Shown here one piece after another: positions 41,536-58,361 of a stretch of 64,000 nucleotides of DNA. A program made the position numbers and the translations under genes. Origin of the DNA: the human T2T-CHM13v2.0 reference genome, Homo sapiens; NCBI RefSeq assembly GCF_009914755.1, contig NC_060925.1; one strand, written 5' to 3'. Position 1 is the stretch's first letter; each line of letters begins with the position of its first letter. The notes beneath the pieces were generated by a model that saw nothing but the letters and a program-made list of their open reading frames with translations, ran no database searches and was not told where the DNA came from.

Positions 41536-41685
41536 CTTCACAAATTGTGACACCATTTCCTGAAAATCCCATGTTGCAATAGCAGGCTTCAATTCCATTG
41601 CGTATTTCACATTTTGCATTTGGGAGACAAGGTGTCTTGGTGCAATTTTGAGTATAGGAACAATTCAACAAAGTGGAAAAAACCA
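41536..41685 (-). CDS. ADGRL4: ADGRL4/ELTD1 exon 2 (150 nt): end of signal peptide and EGF-like domain 1 ([49 protein letters not shown])
   Basis: Acceptor TTTCTCTATTTTATTTAG|TG (AG at 41687-41686) and donor GAAG|GTAAAC (GT at 41535-41534). Six-Cys EGF pattern with the CxCxxGFxGNG motif, in a symmetric phase 1-1 exon typical of EGF modules. Lies within ORF 41453..41728. Confidence 0.97.
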
Positions 41686-43098
41686 CTAAATAAAATAGAG
41701 AAATACACCTTTTCAAAAAGTAAAACAAACATCTCTCCCCATTGTTGAATTAGAGTATAATAAACATAAATTATCCTCTCTTTCTATTTAGATAAATGGA
41801 TTATAAATTTTTCCCAAGAGAGCACTTAGCTAAGTAACAGCACAAAAGCAAGTAAGTAAAACTTACTTTTAAGATGAAGGCTTTTTTTGTTCCAATTTCA
41901 ACCTTTATCAAGTAAATCTCAATGAAACTAAAATGTAATAAACAACTCAGCTTTATAATAAAAACTGTGTTCCCAGATCAGTATAGCATGTTGATTAAGT
42001 GTTACCCTTCATTCTGAGGTGAGATACTTTGAAAGGGAACTGCCTGATTGTAAAGCAATTTCCCTCCTCTGGGAGTAATCCTGTGTAGAAATGAAGGTAA
42101 ATTGAGTATTCAGGTTTTTGCAAATTCAAATCTGTGTTATTTTAAGATGACATCTTATCTAGGAGAACAGATGCACTTGCTGTTTTTTTCTGTGTTCTAA
42201 TGATTGTTTTCAATTTCAATTGTTTTCAATTTCAATTTCAATTGTTTTCAATTCAATTATTCATAATAAAATTTATTTCACTGTTTTTATTTTCCATTAG
42301 GGGAAATTTAAAAACAAAACAAAAACAAAAAAAGAAACTCAAGATTATAGTCAAAGATTGATCTTCCAGAAATGGAACAGCACACAAATGTGAACAAAAA
42401 AAAATGAAACAAAACAAGGAACAAGACTATACATCAGAGTTATTGAAATACATTTGGAAATTATATGTTGTGGACTGATAGGAAAAAATAAGGAAAAGTA
42501 AAGTCGGTTCCTTTTTTATTGTTTTACCAGGCCTACTCAAGAGTCTTGAGGACCAACAGCTATGAAGCATGAGGTCGTTGTTCTGAAAACAGTCATCTAA
42601 CATTAGTTGTCCTTATCAGGTACCAAGAGATTCTTAAGTATTCTGTTCTAAATCCCAGTGGCAAATAACTATGTATACTGACTAAGCCGGAATTAGTTCA
42701 CCCTCGGAGATGTCATTTACTATCTTTCTGCACAGTATGGTCAAAATGAAGCTCAAATCTGGCCCGGCAATCCCCTTAAAATGCCAGGAAACCTCTCATG
42801 GGTGTTAATGGTCTGGATTTCCCAAATTTCTTCGGGGCAGAACAGAAGAAAGGTGAAAGGGGATGCTGGACACTTCCTCAAGAGGAATAAAAAGGTAACA
42901 TTCCCTGGACCTTGGAATATTAAACTTTAGAGTTGAAAGGTCAAGGAGAAAAACATCCTGAGAAGTACTAAATCAATTCTCCTCGGAGATTTTGCCAAAT
43001 ACACTTGCCATGTGAGCTCCACCTCTTAAAAAATCCAGTCCCCTACAAGGGATTGGTCCCTCCGACGACCTCGGCGACCAGGGGCGCTGAGCACTCAC
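41686..43098 (-). other. ADGRL4: ADGRL4 intron 1 (GT...AG, 1413 nt)
   Basis: Bounded by the exon 1 donor GTGAGT and the exon 2 acceptor TTTAG. Confidence 0.93.
42203..42258. repeat. Short imperfect tandem repeat of ATTGTTTTCA(ATTTCA)n in intron 1
   Basis: Three copies of ATTGTTTTCAATT at 42203, 42219 and 42241. Confidence 0.8.
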
Positions 43099-43335
43099 CT
43101 AGGAGCGGGAGGCGTTTCATTGGCGGTGGCCGCAGTGGTGGCGGTGGCGGAGAGCGCGGCGGAGTGAGTGCGGCTGTGGACCCGGGACCGGGCGCCGCTG
43201 GGCGGGCGCGGCAGGGTCCCGGATCCGTCCTCCGTGACGCGCCGGCTTCCTCCGGACACTTTCCGGCCTCTTTTGTGTGAGTGTGTGAGTCAAGCCCTGA
43301 ATCCGCTGGCCACGTCCGGCCTCCATCCCCTTTCC
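43050..43335 (-). promoter_or_regulatory. ADGRL4: CpG island / TATA-less promoter and 5' UTR of ADGRL4
   Basis: Only strongly GC- and CpG-rich non-repeat segment of the window, surrounding the start codon. GC box GGGCGG ~43200, ETS-type GGAA cores on the minus strand (43244-43268), AP-1 TGAGTCA 43286-43292. The exact TSS cannot be read from sequence. Confidence 0.85.
43099..43120 (-). CDS. ADGRL4: ADGRL4/ELTD1 exon 1 coding part (MKRLPLL + first base of Val codon; start of signal peptide)
   Basis: Minus strand reads ATG AAA CGC CTC CCG CTC CTA G|GTGAGT, a consensus donor at 43098, inside a CpG island. It splices in phase 1 to exon 2 to give [22 protein letters not shown]..., the recognised N-terminus of human ADGRL4. 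Confidence 0.96.
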
Positions 43336-43904
43336 CCACGCCTCCTGGGCTCCATTCCCTGCCTAGTGACCACTGACCCTGAGCAATGTTACAGCCCCAC
43401 TGAGGAATCAGTTTATCCCCAGGCGCAGCTCCCAGAGTGACACCCTAAAAGTGAGTACTTAAAAAGCAAAGGTCTCTGAGATCCACGGAGAGCCCCTCCA
43501 GAGGGAGCATCCAAAACTCAGTAGGTTTCAGGGGTTCTCTCTGACACCTAAATTTCAAGACATAGCCTTTTTTTTAATATACTCGCCAATAAATTTTCCT
43601 AAAGAACAATGGGTCAAGAAGTAGTCAGGAGACCTGAATCCATGCAAAGGGGCATGCCAGTGCTCAGGCCCCACCTTGCTGGGACTCAGGGTTGCATCGT
43701 GTAAAATAAGGATATAGTCTATTGTGTCTAGGTTAGATTGTGTTTTCCATTATCAACTCAATTTCAGGTAAAATTCACCTGTAGCCCTTCCTTACATCTG
43801 CAGAAAAATTGGTGCATCATATCCTTTGCATGTTAATATACAAGTCGATTACGTAGAAAGAGATCGTTCACATTGGAACATGGAAACAATTCTAGCTTAA
43901 AAAA

Positions 43905-44178
43905 TTAAAAATAACTGGCAGACAAAACTAATGTATCATGACAGAAAATAGATCAATGGTTGCCCAGGGTTGGGATGCAGAAGAGGGACTGACTGCAGAA
44001 AGGCACAAGGAGAAATTGAGGTGATGATAATATTCTATATTTTGATTGAGGTGATGGTTGCATGAGTGCATGCATTTGTCATAACTTATCCAACTGTATT
44101 CTTAAAACTGGTGCATTTTATTGTATATAAGTTAGATGAATTGTATTATATGTAAGTTTAAATAAAGTTGATTTAAAG
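43905..44178 (+). mobile_element. Old L1ME-type 3' end
   Basis: AGATCAATGGTTGCC.AGGG...TTCTATATTTTGATTG.GGTGATGGTT.CATG...CATTTTATTGTATATAA...AATAAAGTTGATTT. Confidence 0.8.
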
Positions 44179-44527
44179 AAAGGAAATGACTAATATTTTT
44201 GCCATCAACACAAGCCATTTTACCTTTCAATAGTCAGATCACCTTTGTCACATACCATTTCTATTCTGTTTAAAAAGTGACTAGTGCAAATTTACTTTAT
44301 ATAAAGAGCAGCCTCAGAAAGATGAACAGCCACAGCCCCCGGACTCCAGGGGGATTATGAACTACTGGGAAAACAACTAAAACTAGTCACAATCACACAC
44401 CACAAAGTGACTTATGTATTAACAGCAGTCACAAGTGCTTATGTATTGACACGTTTATCTGGCTCTCCATAGCATTTTCCCAGACTCCTTCTAGGTGAAT
44501 GTGGGCAAAAGTTCCTGAGAGTGGCAC

Positions 44528-44670
44528 CATAATAGGTGAGGCAAATGAGGAACAAAGGTGTTGCGTGACTTGCTCAGAGTCCACAGCAGCTCTTAGACAG
44601 CTGGTCTAAGTGACTGGCCTTGATTGGAACCCGGACTATAAACTCACAGTCCATGTTCTCTATATTGGAC
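44528..44670. mobile_element. MIR remnant forming the outer flank of the inverted duplication
   Basis: AGGTGAGGCAAATGAGG.ACA.AG...GTGACTTGCTCAGAGTCCACAGC...GGAACCCGG. Confidence 0.65.
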
Positions 44671-44679
44671 TTTTTTTGA

Positions 44680-45199
<520 letters not shown>

Positions 45200-45249
45200 T
45201 CACACTCAGGAGGCTGTTGCAAGAATGAGGAGTCATCAGATATTGTTAT

Positions 45250-45745
45250 TCGGGGAGTTTGAAAAAGTGATTTAAAAGTCCTAAATGCCATAAAAAAGAA
45301 GTTCTAGACTTTGTTGATAACTTTTTTTCTAAAGATTTTTGTTTTTGTTTTTGTTTTAAACTAAAAAGCAATTCAGTGAATCACTGGCAAGAACGCAAAT
45401 GATGGATTTTAAGGGCATACCAAAGGCAAGGAAGCAAAAATAAACTATGAAGAGTTTAGGAAATAGATTATGAATGCCTGAACAAGGGTAGGCATATTCG
45501 TGATGGAGAGATAGGGACAGATTGCAGAAAGCATTAGATAAAGACAAATTGATGTCTGCTTGACTTAGTAAAATTGAGATATAAGGCTGAAACAAAGAGA
45601 ATGTGGAGGTTTTCCAGTTGTATGAATGGGAGAAGGTGGGAACCATTCACAAAGATACAAAAGATAGGATGAGGAGTAATTCTGAAAGAAAAAATGAATA
45701 AGCCCAGTTTGGTAATACAAAATTGGAAGTATGTCAATGATCTGA
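45250..45745. mobile_element. L2 remnant in the spacer, same orientation as the L2 end inside copy A
   Basis: AAGTCCTAAATGCCAT..AGAAGTTCTAGACTTT, TCACTGGC..ATGGATT, GATGGAGAGA, AACCATTCAC, CCAGTTTGG resemble successive L2 3' consensus blocks. Confidence 0.55.
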
Positions 45746-46163
45746 ATTTATTCATGTGAAACCAGTTTCTCCAGTTATAAGAAGTTGAGCTTCAATGTAC
45801 ATACATAGAAACAAACTTTAGAAGGCATAAATATAGAAACACATTATTTTCTGAGATGAGCTATAAACTGAAACACAGCACTTATTTTTAAAATAATTTA
45901 CTCCTTATATCTGCCACACTTGCTTCATCTTTAATTTTATCCTAAAGATAATAAAATACAGCCCAATCTTTAAAAATATCACTTTTTCCTAGACATTGCT
46001 TTAAAATTAGCAAAAGTGAATTAATACTTAAATCTAAAAAAAAAGTTTTCCATTTTTTTCTTTTACATGTGTGTTTTTATTAAAAGGCAAAAGTGTATTC
46101 ATTGTTCTCATCAAGAAAATGATAGTGTATAGGGGAGCATAAGGTGTTTAATGATGCTTATAG

Positions 46164-46457
<294 letters not shown>

Positions 46458-46615
46458 GACACTTATAGTTTTAATATTGCTCTTTGTAAAAATAAAATCA
46501 TTTAAAAATGTATTGCTTGAAGAAGTCCGTATTTGTAAAGGAAAACACAGATGATCAATGTATAATTTTGGATTCATTGTCTTGTATTACTTACAAAAAA
46601 ACATTTAGAAGTTTT

Positions 46616-46954
<339 letters not shown>

Positions 46955-48107
46955 TTAATTACCAGAAAGAAAACCATATTTAAAAAAAAATATTCTCAAA
47001 GGAATATTGGACTATCAGTCTAAACTTTTATTAACAGTTTTCCCTTGGTTACCACTGCGGCATGTTTAACTTTGAAAGATATACAGCAATCACTTAGAGC
47101 TTGATTTTGGTCTATAACATAACGCATGGAAGTTAAGTCACTTTAAGCTACCTACCTGATTGTAGCTTTGATGAAATATACCAGTGTGAACACTCCTCTT
47201 GCAATGGTAGATCTTATCAGATCCATGATTAGTTCTATCTTAGGTCTGTCTGTAAGTGCCAAATTAAACAGGATTTCCTTGAAAAGTTCTCGGACAGGTT
47301 GGAGTTGGCAATGGAAAGTATTCACTCTGAAGACTTGTGTTTAATTCTAGCTTTTGAGTAGAGTATTTTACCCCGTTGGGGATCAGTTCTGTTAAATGAA
47401 AATAACCGTATTTGCCCTGCTAGATGATAGTGAGCTGCTAAGGTCATTACTGTACATGTAAGAATAATCAGACATCTATACCTCTGGACACTAAACACAT
47501 TTAAATATAGGAAATTAGTGTATAGTTGACAGTAAAGCCCTTCTCCAAAAGTGTATTTATTCTGCTCATGGTGACAGATAGTAGGAACCTAATGCCATTT
47601 CTGGATACTCTTTCTGAGGCCTCTGTAACATTGTCTAGTTCCTCACCTAGATAGACATCAATAATGTGATTAGATTCCAAGTGTTTGTCACGCTGTAAAT
47701 ATATATCTTAATATTAGTCATTACTTATGGATCATTTGACTTTTTCAACTTATTGAACTTTTGCCACCAATTTGTTAATTTAGGTAATTCTGCATTACTA
47801 CGTATTTTCTTTATTCCCATAGTACCCTCAATAGGATGACAATTTACCACAGTTTCTCGCCTAAAAATACTGATTTTCTCAAGACTCACTTTTAGTCAAA
47901 ATCAACATTAACAATGTACCGTTGGCAAAAGTGCTATAGAAAGGTTAAAAAAAAGGAAAATTGAGTTATGTATGAAGTAGGAAAGAGTAATTTGATTAAA
48001 ACATACACAATGTTGAAATTAAGAAAACTTTTAATAAGGTGGAACAGTAGCCCCAGAGTAGAGGAATGCCCGTGAATGGAGAAGGACTGAGGTTTCCAAA
48101 GTGGACT

Positions 48108-48652
<545 letters not shown>

Positions 48653-50334
48653 TCAGAGGTCTTTTAGATTTTCAGATGTATTTTATATCAATGGGATATA
48701 GCAAAGGTCAATATTTTGCATTTAATTTTTTAGAAAGCCAGCAAAACATAGTTATTTTTAAACGTATTCGTAGTTACAAGACAGTAGGAGAAATGAGTCG
48801 TTTCCTTTTTTTTTTGGTCTAGTGTTAAACTTAGGTTTTAACCAATTGTAGAGAGATGCTAGTGTGTAAACCTGGCTAGCTGGAAACTTGTGTCTTTCTA
48901 ATCTATGCTAAATATGTCTAATGTCGGTCAACAGTTGGTATCAAAAACAAATTATAGTGTTTTAATACACATTTTCACTTATGCGTTTAATCAGTTCATC
49001 ATCTAATTATGAAACTCAAGTTAGTATCCAAAAGCATTTTAAAAGTTGGATTTCTAAGACTATGAACAGGAACACTTGACTAGGTTTTCTGCTACTAATT
49101 TTTTCAGTGGAACGGGGTGCAAAAAGCATCTGGTAATTTTCAGTGTTGACTGGAAGGGAGGAGCCCCAAGTTCCTTCCCAGCCTGGTCATTCAATTGTTT
49201 TGTGACCTTCAGAAAAATCACTAAATCTTTCCATTATTCTGCTTAACACATTTACAAATGTCCCTGCTTTGTATGTTTTTTTCTCTCCTAGAGTTTCTCT
49301 TCATAAAGATTAATAAACTAGTACCCACACCTAGGAACAAATTTTCTTCTGAGGCAGGTATTGATGTGAAGAGGAAAAATAAAAATCACCTGCATTTATG
49401 CTAATCGTTTCCATTTTAACTGACTTGTAAATTATTTCATTAATTTATTTTTCTTTGTTTGGACATTTCTATGTTATAAAAATATCAAGCTGACCTCATT
49501 TTCTAAAAGGCAGCACTCCGAAAACAGAAACCAGGTGCAAATCACCTCTTAATACTGTTCTTTTTAGCTATACTTTCAACACTTTGTAACACTGGTTTAT
49601 TCATAGTTGATTGCTCTCCTTCATTGAGTTGTCCAAAATAATATCTTGAGAGGTTACAGAATCCCTCAGGATGTACAAGTAATTTAAATTATTTCTTTAG
49701 GTTTGTAATACATTGTACTTTACATTACATTTCATCTGCCTTTGTGTTCTTCAATCACTCATTTACTATATCTTTTTACAATTCTCCACGATTGCTCAAT
49801 TTCTATTTGGAAAATTAAATATTGTAATTATGTACTGAGAGCATATTTCAGTTGCTTGTTATTCACTATCATCTATTGTTATTAACATGCATATTGAAGA
49901 TACAAGTCTCTGGTTCGGGACTCCAGGGAACATCATTAACTTCCTGTTGCTTTGAGAATTATCTTTTTATTCTTACGCTTTATTTTCCACTTTGTCACAC
50001 ATCTTTAATCTCAGACAAGATTTAATTTTTTCATTGTTAACTGTTTTATTAATAGCCTTCTATGTGAAAGAATTGGCTTAAAAATAGAAAGCTGTTTGGA
50101 AATCTAAATAAAGTACCTTAACTGATAATCATTTACAATTTATCACATTTAAAAAAATGTTCTTTTAAAGATAAGCATAAGGCTCTGAGTTTCCCTTCAT
50201 ATCTCTATCTATAGACATAAATTAACATAAATAGTACTATCTCCCAACAATTGCAAACATAATTTTGCTTACACTGAAATAATTATCTTAATTTAAAGGT
50301 ACATTTCCAAAAGCCATGATGATGTAAAGGCATT

Positions 50335-52591
<2,257 letters not shown>

Positions 52592-55500
52592 TTAACATTT
52601 TAAAATAAGGGCCTGTTACATATAATTTACCTAATTTATTGTACTTATGTATGTCTTAAAAATAATTCACAAGCCAATTGCACTAGTTTCTCTTCCAAAA
52701 TTATTCAATAGTTATTGATTTTCCAAATTTTAATTATACCAAATAATCCCACTTCCTATGCTGGTAGCATAGTACATAATACAATATCATTTATAAGTCT
52801 ATTAATAAGCTTAGACTTCTTTGTCCTATGAAATAATATAGACACATTTGCTTTATTTATTGACTTACAGCAGAGTTACAGAAAGCTAGAATGCTGATCA
52901 GATTTGGTGATTTCAAGAATATTTCTATAATGAACTTCTAAAGATTGAGCAAACATTTAAAATTATATCTTTTATAAATGAATCTTGTTTGTGACATGTG
53001 AATAAAATTCTTTAAGGTACAAAGAATATCGAGATTGAAAAAAAGTAACATTGTTTTATTTTTGTGCCAAATGTGATCACTGAGCTCAGGCCAATGCAAG
53101 AACAAAGAGTTTTTCATTAGTAGATATTCAGGTATTTATAAGTAATTTTCTTAAAAATTCATATAAAATGGAAAGAATTCTGAATCACAATTGTAATTAT
53201 CTGAGAAACTGTTTGGCCATAGAAGACAGAAGTTGCCATTGAATTATTATCAAGGTAATTGACCTTTATTCCTGAAGTTGAGATTATATTTTAGAATGCG
53301 TTTTTCTTTTTGACTAAATAAATTAGAAGATAAAAATAAGTTTCTAATGGAGGCAGTTAACATTTTCATCAACCTAGGCACTTCTTTAAAAAAAAAAAGA
53401 GCTATATATAAAAGAGTTTCTGAAGTCATTTTTATTTGATTTCTCTTAAATTGTTTTTTACTATTAGTCAGATATTTACTGATTATTCATTGTTTTATTT
53501 TAAATAATTTCAATATTGCATCATTAGCAACATATCTTTCAAATATTGTCCTCACTGCCCACATATTTTTGAGAGTATAAAATGTTTTACTCATACCTGA
53601 AAAGAGCATTTTTGAAAACTTTATAATAATGCATATCACTAAAATCGTGATTCCTCTGTTGACTTTCTTTCGTTGAAGACCGAAATTAATTTTATGCATT
53701 GTTTTTACTTTGGGTGCTAAGATTGATAAGGTTGCTGTGTACAATATTTAAGTAGTGATGTGTCTTGTTTACACTTTTCGGTGTTCCATTACCACTGCAT
53801 TTGTGAGGAACCATATGATTATGGTCTTAAAGGTTGTCCTGTAAATATACTAATTTTGTTCCATTTCCCCTCTGTCCTTGTCAATAGAATGCCTAAATCT
53901 CAGCCTGTCCTTGTTTTGTTTTGTTTGTTTTCTGAAGGACTCATAAGACTGTCAACAGGATGGATTAATTTTGTACCTCTCTCATCATAAAATGTTTGAT
54001 CCTAATAAAGAGTTACAGTTGAATTTACTCTCACTGTGCAAAATTTTATTGAGAGATAATGTGGCAAAAAATGAGTCTATTCTTATCAGAATCTTTAAGT
54101 TGCAACTTTATAGTTTGTATTGAATGTTGCATAGCACTGAGGAAATATGTGTATGGTAAAATAACTTTCTCAGATATAACTTTTAGTGTATATTAACCAA
54201 CTCTTAACCTGATAATCTGTTACTAGAGTATGCAAGTATGATTATCAGATAAAAGCAATAGTCTGTATAAAATGCCTAACAATTAACTAAGGCTTGAAGA
54301 ATAATAGAACTTAAAATCTTTCTGATTTTCTCTGCTTTATCTCAAAAACTGTATTCCAATTCATATTTATCATGCTACAATCACATTAGCTCACTGTCCC
54401 AATGGCTTTATATGCCCAAGGCAATGTCAAACTTTTTATGTTCTGAAGCCAAAGGTATTGCTTCATCTACCTGGTCCACCATGTATATCAGAAGAGGAAA
54501 CTCAGCAGTGTCCATTTCTGGCCTTGCTGCTATTTCATGTGCCTCCACACCAGTTACAAAGGCCTATTTATGTCTCCGGTCCTCAGTGAGAAATTTTTTT
54601 TACAATGGATTTTTTTTTTCTTTTCTGATTCAGGAAAACTGTTCTAATTAGGTGACTGGAATCACACTGAAAGAACTATAGTAATTTAAAAAGAATGGCA
54701 TGGAACAAGCTGCCATTGTGATGAGTGATTCTAAGACAAAGGCTCTTAGCATTACTCTCGGAAAGCTCACTCTGTGTTTTCCTTGGTAGAATCTTAGAAA
54801 GGGATGCTCTTTCCTAAGAAAACACACACTGACAAGTTAGCAAATCTACAGAAAGGTGACTTTTTTTGTTTCACTTAAGGGACAAATAATTCAAATATTA
54901 ATGAATTCCCCAATGTTGTTTCAGATGTAGCAGGAAATATTTTATATTTATCCATTAACACTCCAGCCAACATTACTGAGTGTCTGCTGTGTGGCATATT
55001 CTGTGTGACACTCTGGAGATTCAAAGCTATAGAGTGACAAAGAGAATCATCCCCAAATGGTTCTAGAAATCAACTGGGTTGCCTGGATAGTCAGCTAGCT
55101 GGAACTTGGAGATCCTCTGCTTTGTTCATCAGGAGGGGTTGTGCCCAGCCTGACTTTCCATGGGTCCCAACGTGCCCAGGTACATTCCCAGACAACTGTT
55201 GTCAATAGATGGCATCAAAATTGAGACTTCCTGGCACCCAAATTGATAAATTCCTTCCTCACAACTGATGGGATTGAGTTCTTACTCAACTCACCAAAAG
55301 GGAAGCAGGACCTTCCCTTCTAGGAAGCACATCTGTACTTCACGAACAGTGGAGAGGCATGCGCAAGTAACAGCCCTTTCCAGCAGATAATGGGAAGACT
55401 GGAGGGCCTGTGCCTTTTTCTTCTATTGTTGACTCTTGGCTTGTAAATTTACCCGGACAGGTACTTGTAGTACATGCTATCTGTGTAGGATTGGATTTCT

Positions 55501-55904
55501 GTGAAAGGGACTGTGTCCTTTGCTCCTGCTCCTTTGTTGTAGGGCAAGCCTACGAAAATGACTTTTTCAGGGAATAGCAGGCACATAGGAGACTAGAAGT
55601 CGTAAGTTCTAGCTGCCTAGGAGCAGCGACAATAGGGCCCTTGGGAGGTTGTAATTCTTCCTGTGAGGTGGAAGAAGAAGCTGCTTTCTGTTAGGAGAAG
55701 AAGAATCCTTAATCCAAGCTATCTTGGTAGAGTATTTAGAATGAGTCCTCAGTAACTTTTAGACAGTCCTGTTATAACACCATAAAGGTTGACATGACAT
55801 GTCCCTAGCTTCAATATTATTAAAGTTAAGCAAGGATAAACCAAAAATTATAATGCGAAGAAATCATTGTTAATTGTGGCAGAAAGAACATAGTCTGTTA
55901 TGAG

Positions 55905-56420
55905 GGTTTGGCAGAAACTGTTTGTTGCTTCCCTAGCAAATATTATTTTCATCTTTCTTGGTAGTCATACCTTGTACTTGAAGCTGTGAATGTGGTCTAC
56001 TACTAAAACAAAACTGCATTTTGCAGTCTATCTTGCAACTGGGATTGCTGAGACTAAGTTCTAGCCGTTGAGGTATGAGCACAAGCTCTGGATTTCACTT
56101 TTAGAAGCCTCCTTAAAATAGGCTATATATGTTTTTTTTTTCTATTTCTTTCTTTCTGTTACTTTATCACAGTGGTAAAAATTGGAATTCTGTTTTCTTG
56201 AACTAGGAGAGAGAACCACAGCCTCATGACATTGGGGGTGATAAACTAGCTGTCCCTAAGAACTACAGAGCCAAGGCAGCCTCCGAGAATTGGTAGAATT
56301 GGCCACCCCCAGTCTTCTTTAATGCAAGAAAAATTTACCTACTATCTTGTTTAAGTCATTGTCATTTTGGAACTGTCATTTGGGGACTTAGAATAACTAA
56401 ACCTAATTCCAACTGATAAT
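55905..56420. mobile_element. Old ERVL/MaLR-type LTR (LTR33-like)
   Basis: ACTGCATTTTGCAGTCTATCTTGCAACTGGG..GAGACTAAGTTCTAGCC..TGAG motif and CTATCTTGTTTAAG.CA.TG near the end. Confidence 0.5.
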
Positions 56421-56715
56421 GTTTTCAGAACCATCAGTATTTTGGAGTTGAGAGAGCTAGAGATGAGGACACAGTTGGTATAACAGGACCAAGTCATGGC
56501 TACCAGAACAGTTTACAAGTGTCTTCATTCTCTGAGAAGCCAGTTACCTTTGTACCAACATAATGCTGCCTGGCCTCGACCTAATTTCTTCTTGGCTTCT
56601 TGTAAATAAGCGACTTCCAGCAAGGGAAATCAGAGGTCCAGGCAGGAAGTAAGAACATTAGGAAAAAACAGGGCAATCACATGACCTAGAACGACAGTTT
56701 AGGGAACTGAATAGA

Positions 56716-56850
56716 CACAAACACATAAACACACACACACACACACACACACGTATATGTATTTTTGGATGCATATTATATGTGTGCGTGCAAATATGTA
56801 TGTACAACAGTGTGGGAAACTGCACTGTATACGTGTACGCATGCAATTCT
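56716..56850. repeat. (CA)n microsatellite and adjoining purine-pyrimidine alternating tract
   Basis: Direct inspection. Confidence 0.85.
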
Positions 56851-58307
56851 AGACAGATAAAAGTAAATTTATATACATTTACATAAGTAAATGCCATATC
56901 CCTCTTTATCCAAACTCTTTGCCCATATGAAGCTTATAATAAGTCTTTTAAGTTGTGAAATAAATTAAAGAGGTTGTTCCTTATTAAAATATAAATGCTA
57001 CATGAAAGTACCTCAGATTGGCAAGCTCAAGACAGTGATTTAACTGTTCATGACTCTATCCTCTGAGTGCTTTGCTTTGTCTATTAAAAATGACAAAACT
57101 TCAAGACCTCAAAGAAATCCATAAAGATTTTGCTCAAAAGGTCACTGAAACCTTTCTACAGAGTCAACATGGTGGCTTTTATAGATTATGAAGGTCATTA
57201 AAAAATAAGATCATTTTTATCAGAGTAACATGGAAAAGCTTCCCAGCATGCTATAAGTAATAATGGGAGTCTTATTAATTTATAACTATCACACAGTGTT
57301 TTTCTAACACAATCCTGAGCTTTCAGTGAAGCAAATGTGGCTTATTGATAGTCTTTTGGTTTCTAAGTAGTTGGCATCTTGAGTGAAATACTTATACCAG
57401 ATAGCTTTACTAGTAAAAGTGTCAGTTCTGGTTTTCTCTTCAAATGCAATTATTAGATAATATTAGCTTAGAGATATTGGTGGAATTTCATACAAGTGGA
57501 AAAGAATAACATTTTGATATTTAAAGTCAACTTTTGATAGACTTTATTAATGAAGCACACTAAATCTTTTGCTACGGATCCAAATTTATTTTGTATAACA
57601 AGAAAATTTTTTTACAATTTATATTATCTTAGAAAAGTGTTGATATTGATAAGATTCACTGAAAATCTTATTTGGGGAAAATATTAAGAAAAATTTGAAG
57701 TACATTTTTGAGTTGTAAATAAAATAGAGATTTAAAGTTATGGCCTACGAAGGAATAAAATAAAAGATAATCTAAAAGTCTTTGTACATTACGAACATGC
57801 GTTAGTAACGAGCGACACCTTTTGTTCTGTGATTTGTGATTGTTCATGGAATTAAATCTTCCCTCTCCCTGTCCCCCTGACTTTATTTCCTGGTTTTGAC
57901 CTTCACTGTGGTCTGCCTTAGTGTTACTACCATATATAATTAGAGTGCTCTGCAAAGACAGTAGGTTCTCTCAGTGGACAACGTCTGTCTCATTTGGCTG
58001 GAGATATGCGAGATATGCAATTTTTAGCCATATTATTTTCTTACTCATTGCTGCCCACAATGAAAATCAATCCCGTGGCTATTGTTACAGCTACACTGCC
58101 TAAGAATGCCTTGGCACTGGAGAAGACCTTCTAGTGAAAATTCTCTGCAGTTGTTAACTAATTAGTAAAGCAAGCAAGCAAGCAAGTGAAAACAAACAAA
58201 CAAACAAACTGATTTAGAGAACAATTTCTCAATGTTTGTCCATAGCCTTAAAAGGATTCTTACTTTTGACTCAGTAGTTTCCATTTTTAAAATATATTCT
58301 AAAACAT

Positions 58308-58316
58308 GCACACACA

Positions 58317-58361
<45 letters not shown>
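58308..58361. repeat. (CA)n microsatellite (~20 uninterrupted units)
   Basis: Direct inspection; (AAGC)n/(AAAC)n at 58167-58209. Confidence 0.92.

Noticed and set aside
43005-43440. Several overlapping + strand ORFs (43005..43280, 43168..43440) across the promoter
   Set aside because: These are by-products of stop-codon scarcity in the CpG island, with low-complexity Gly/Arg/Pro translations.
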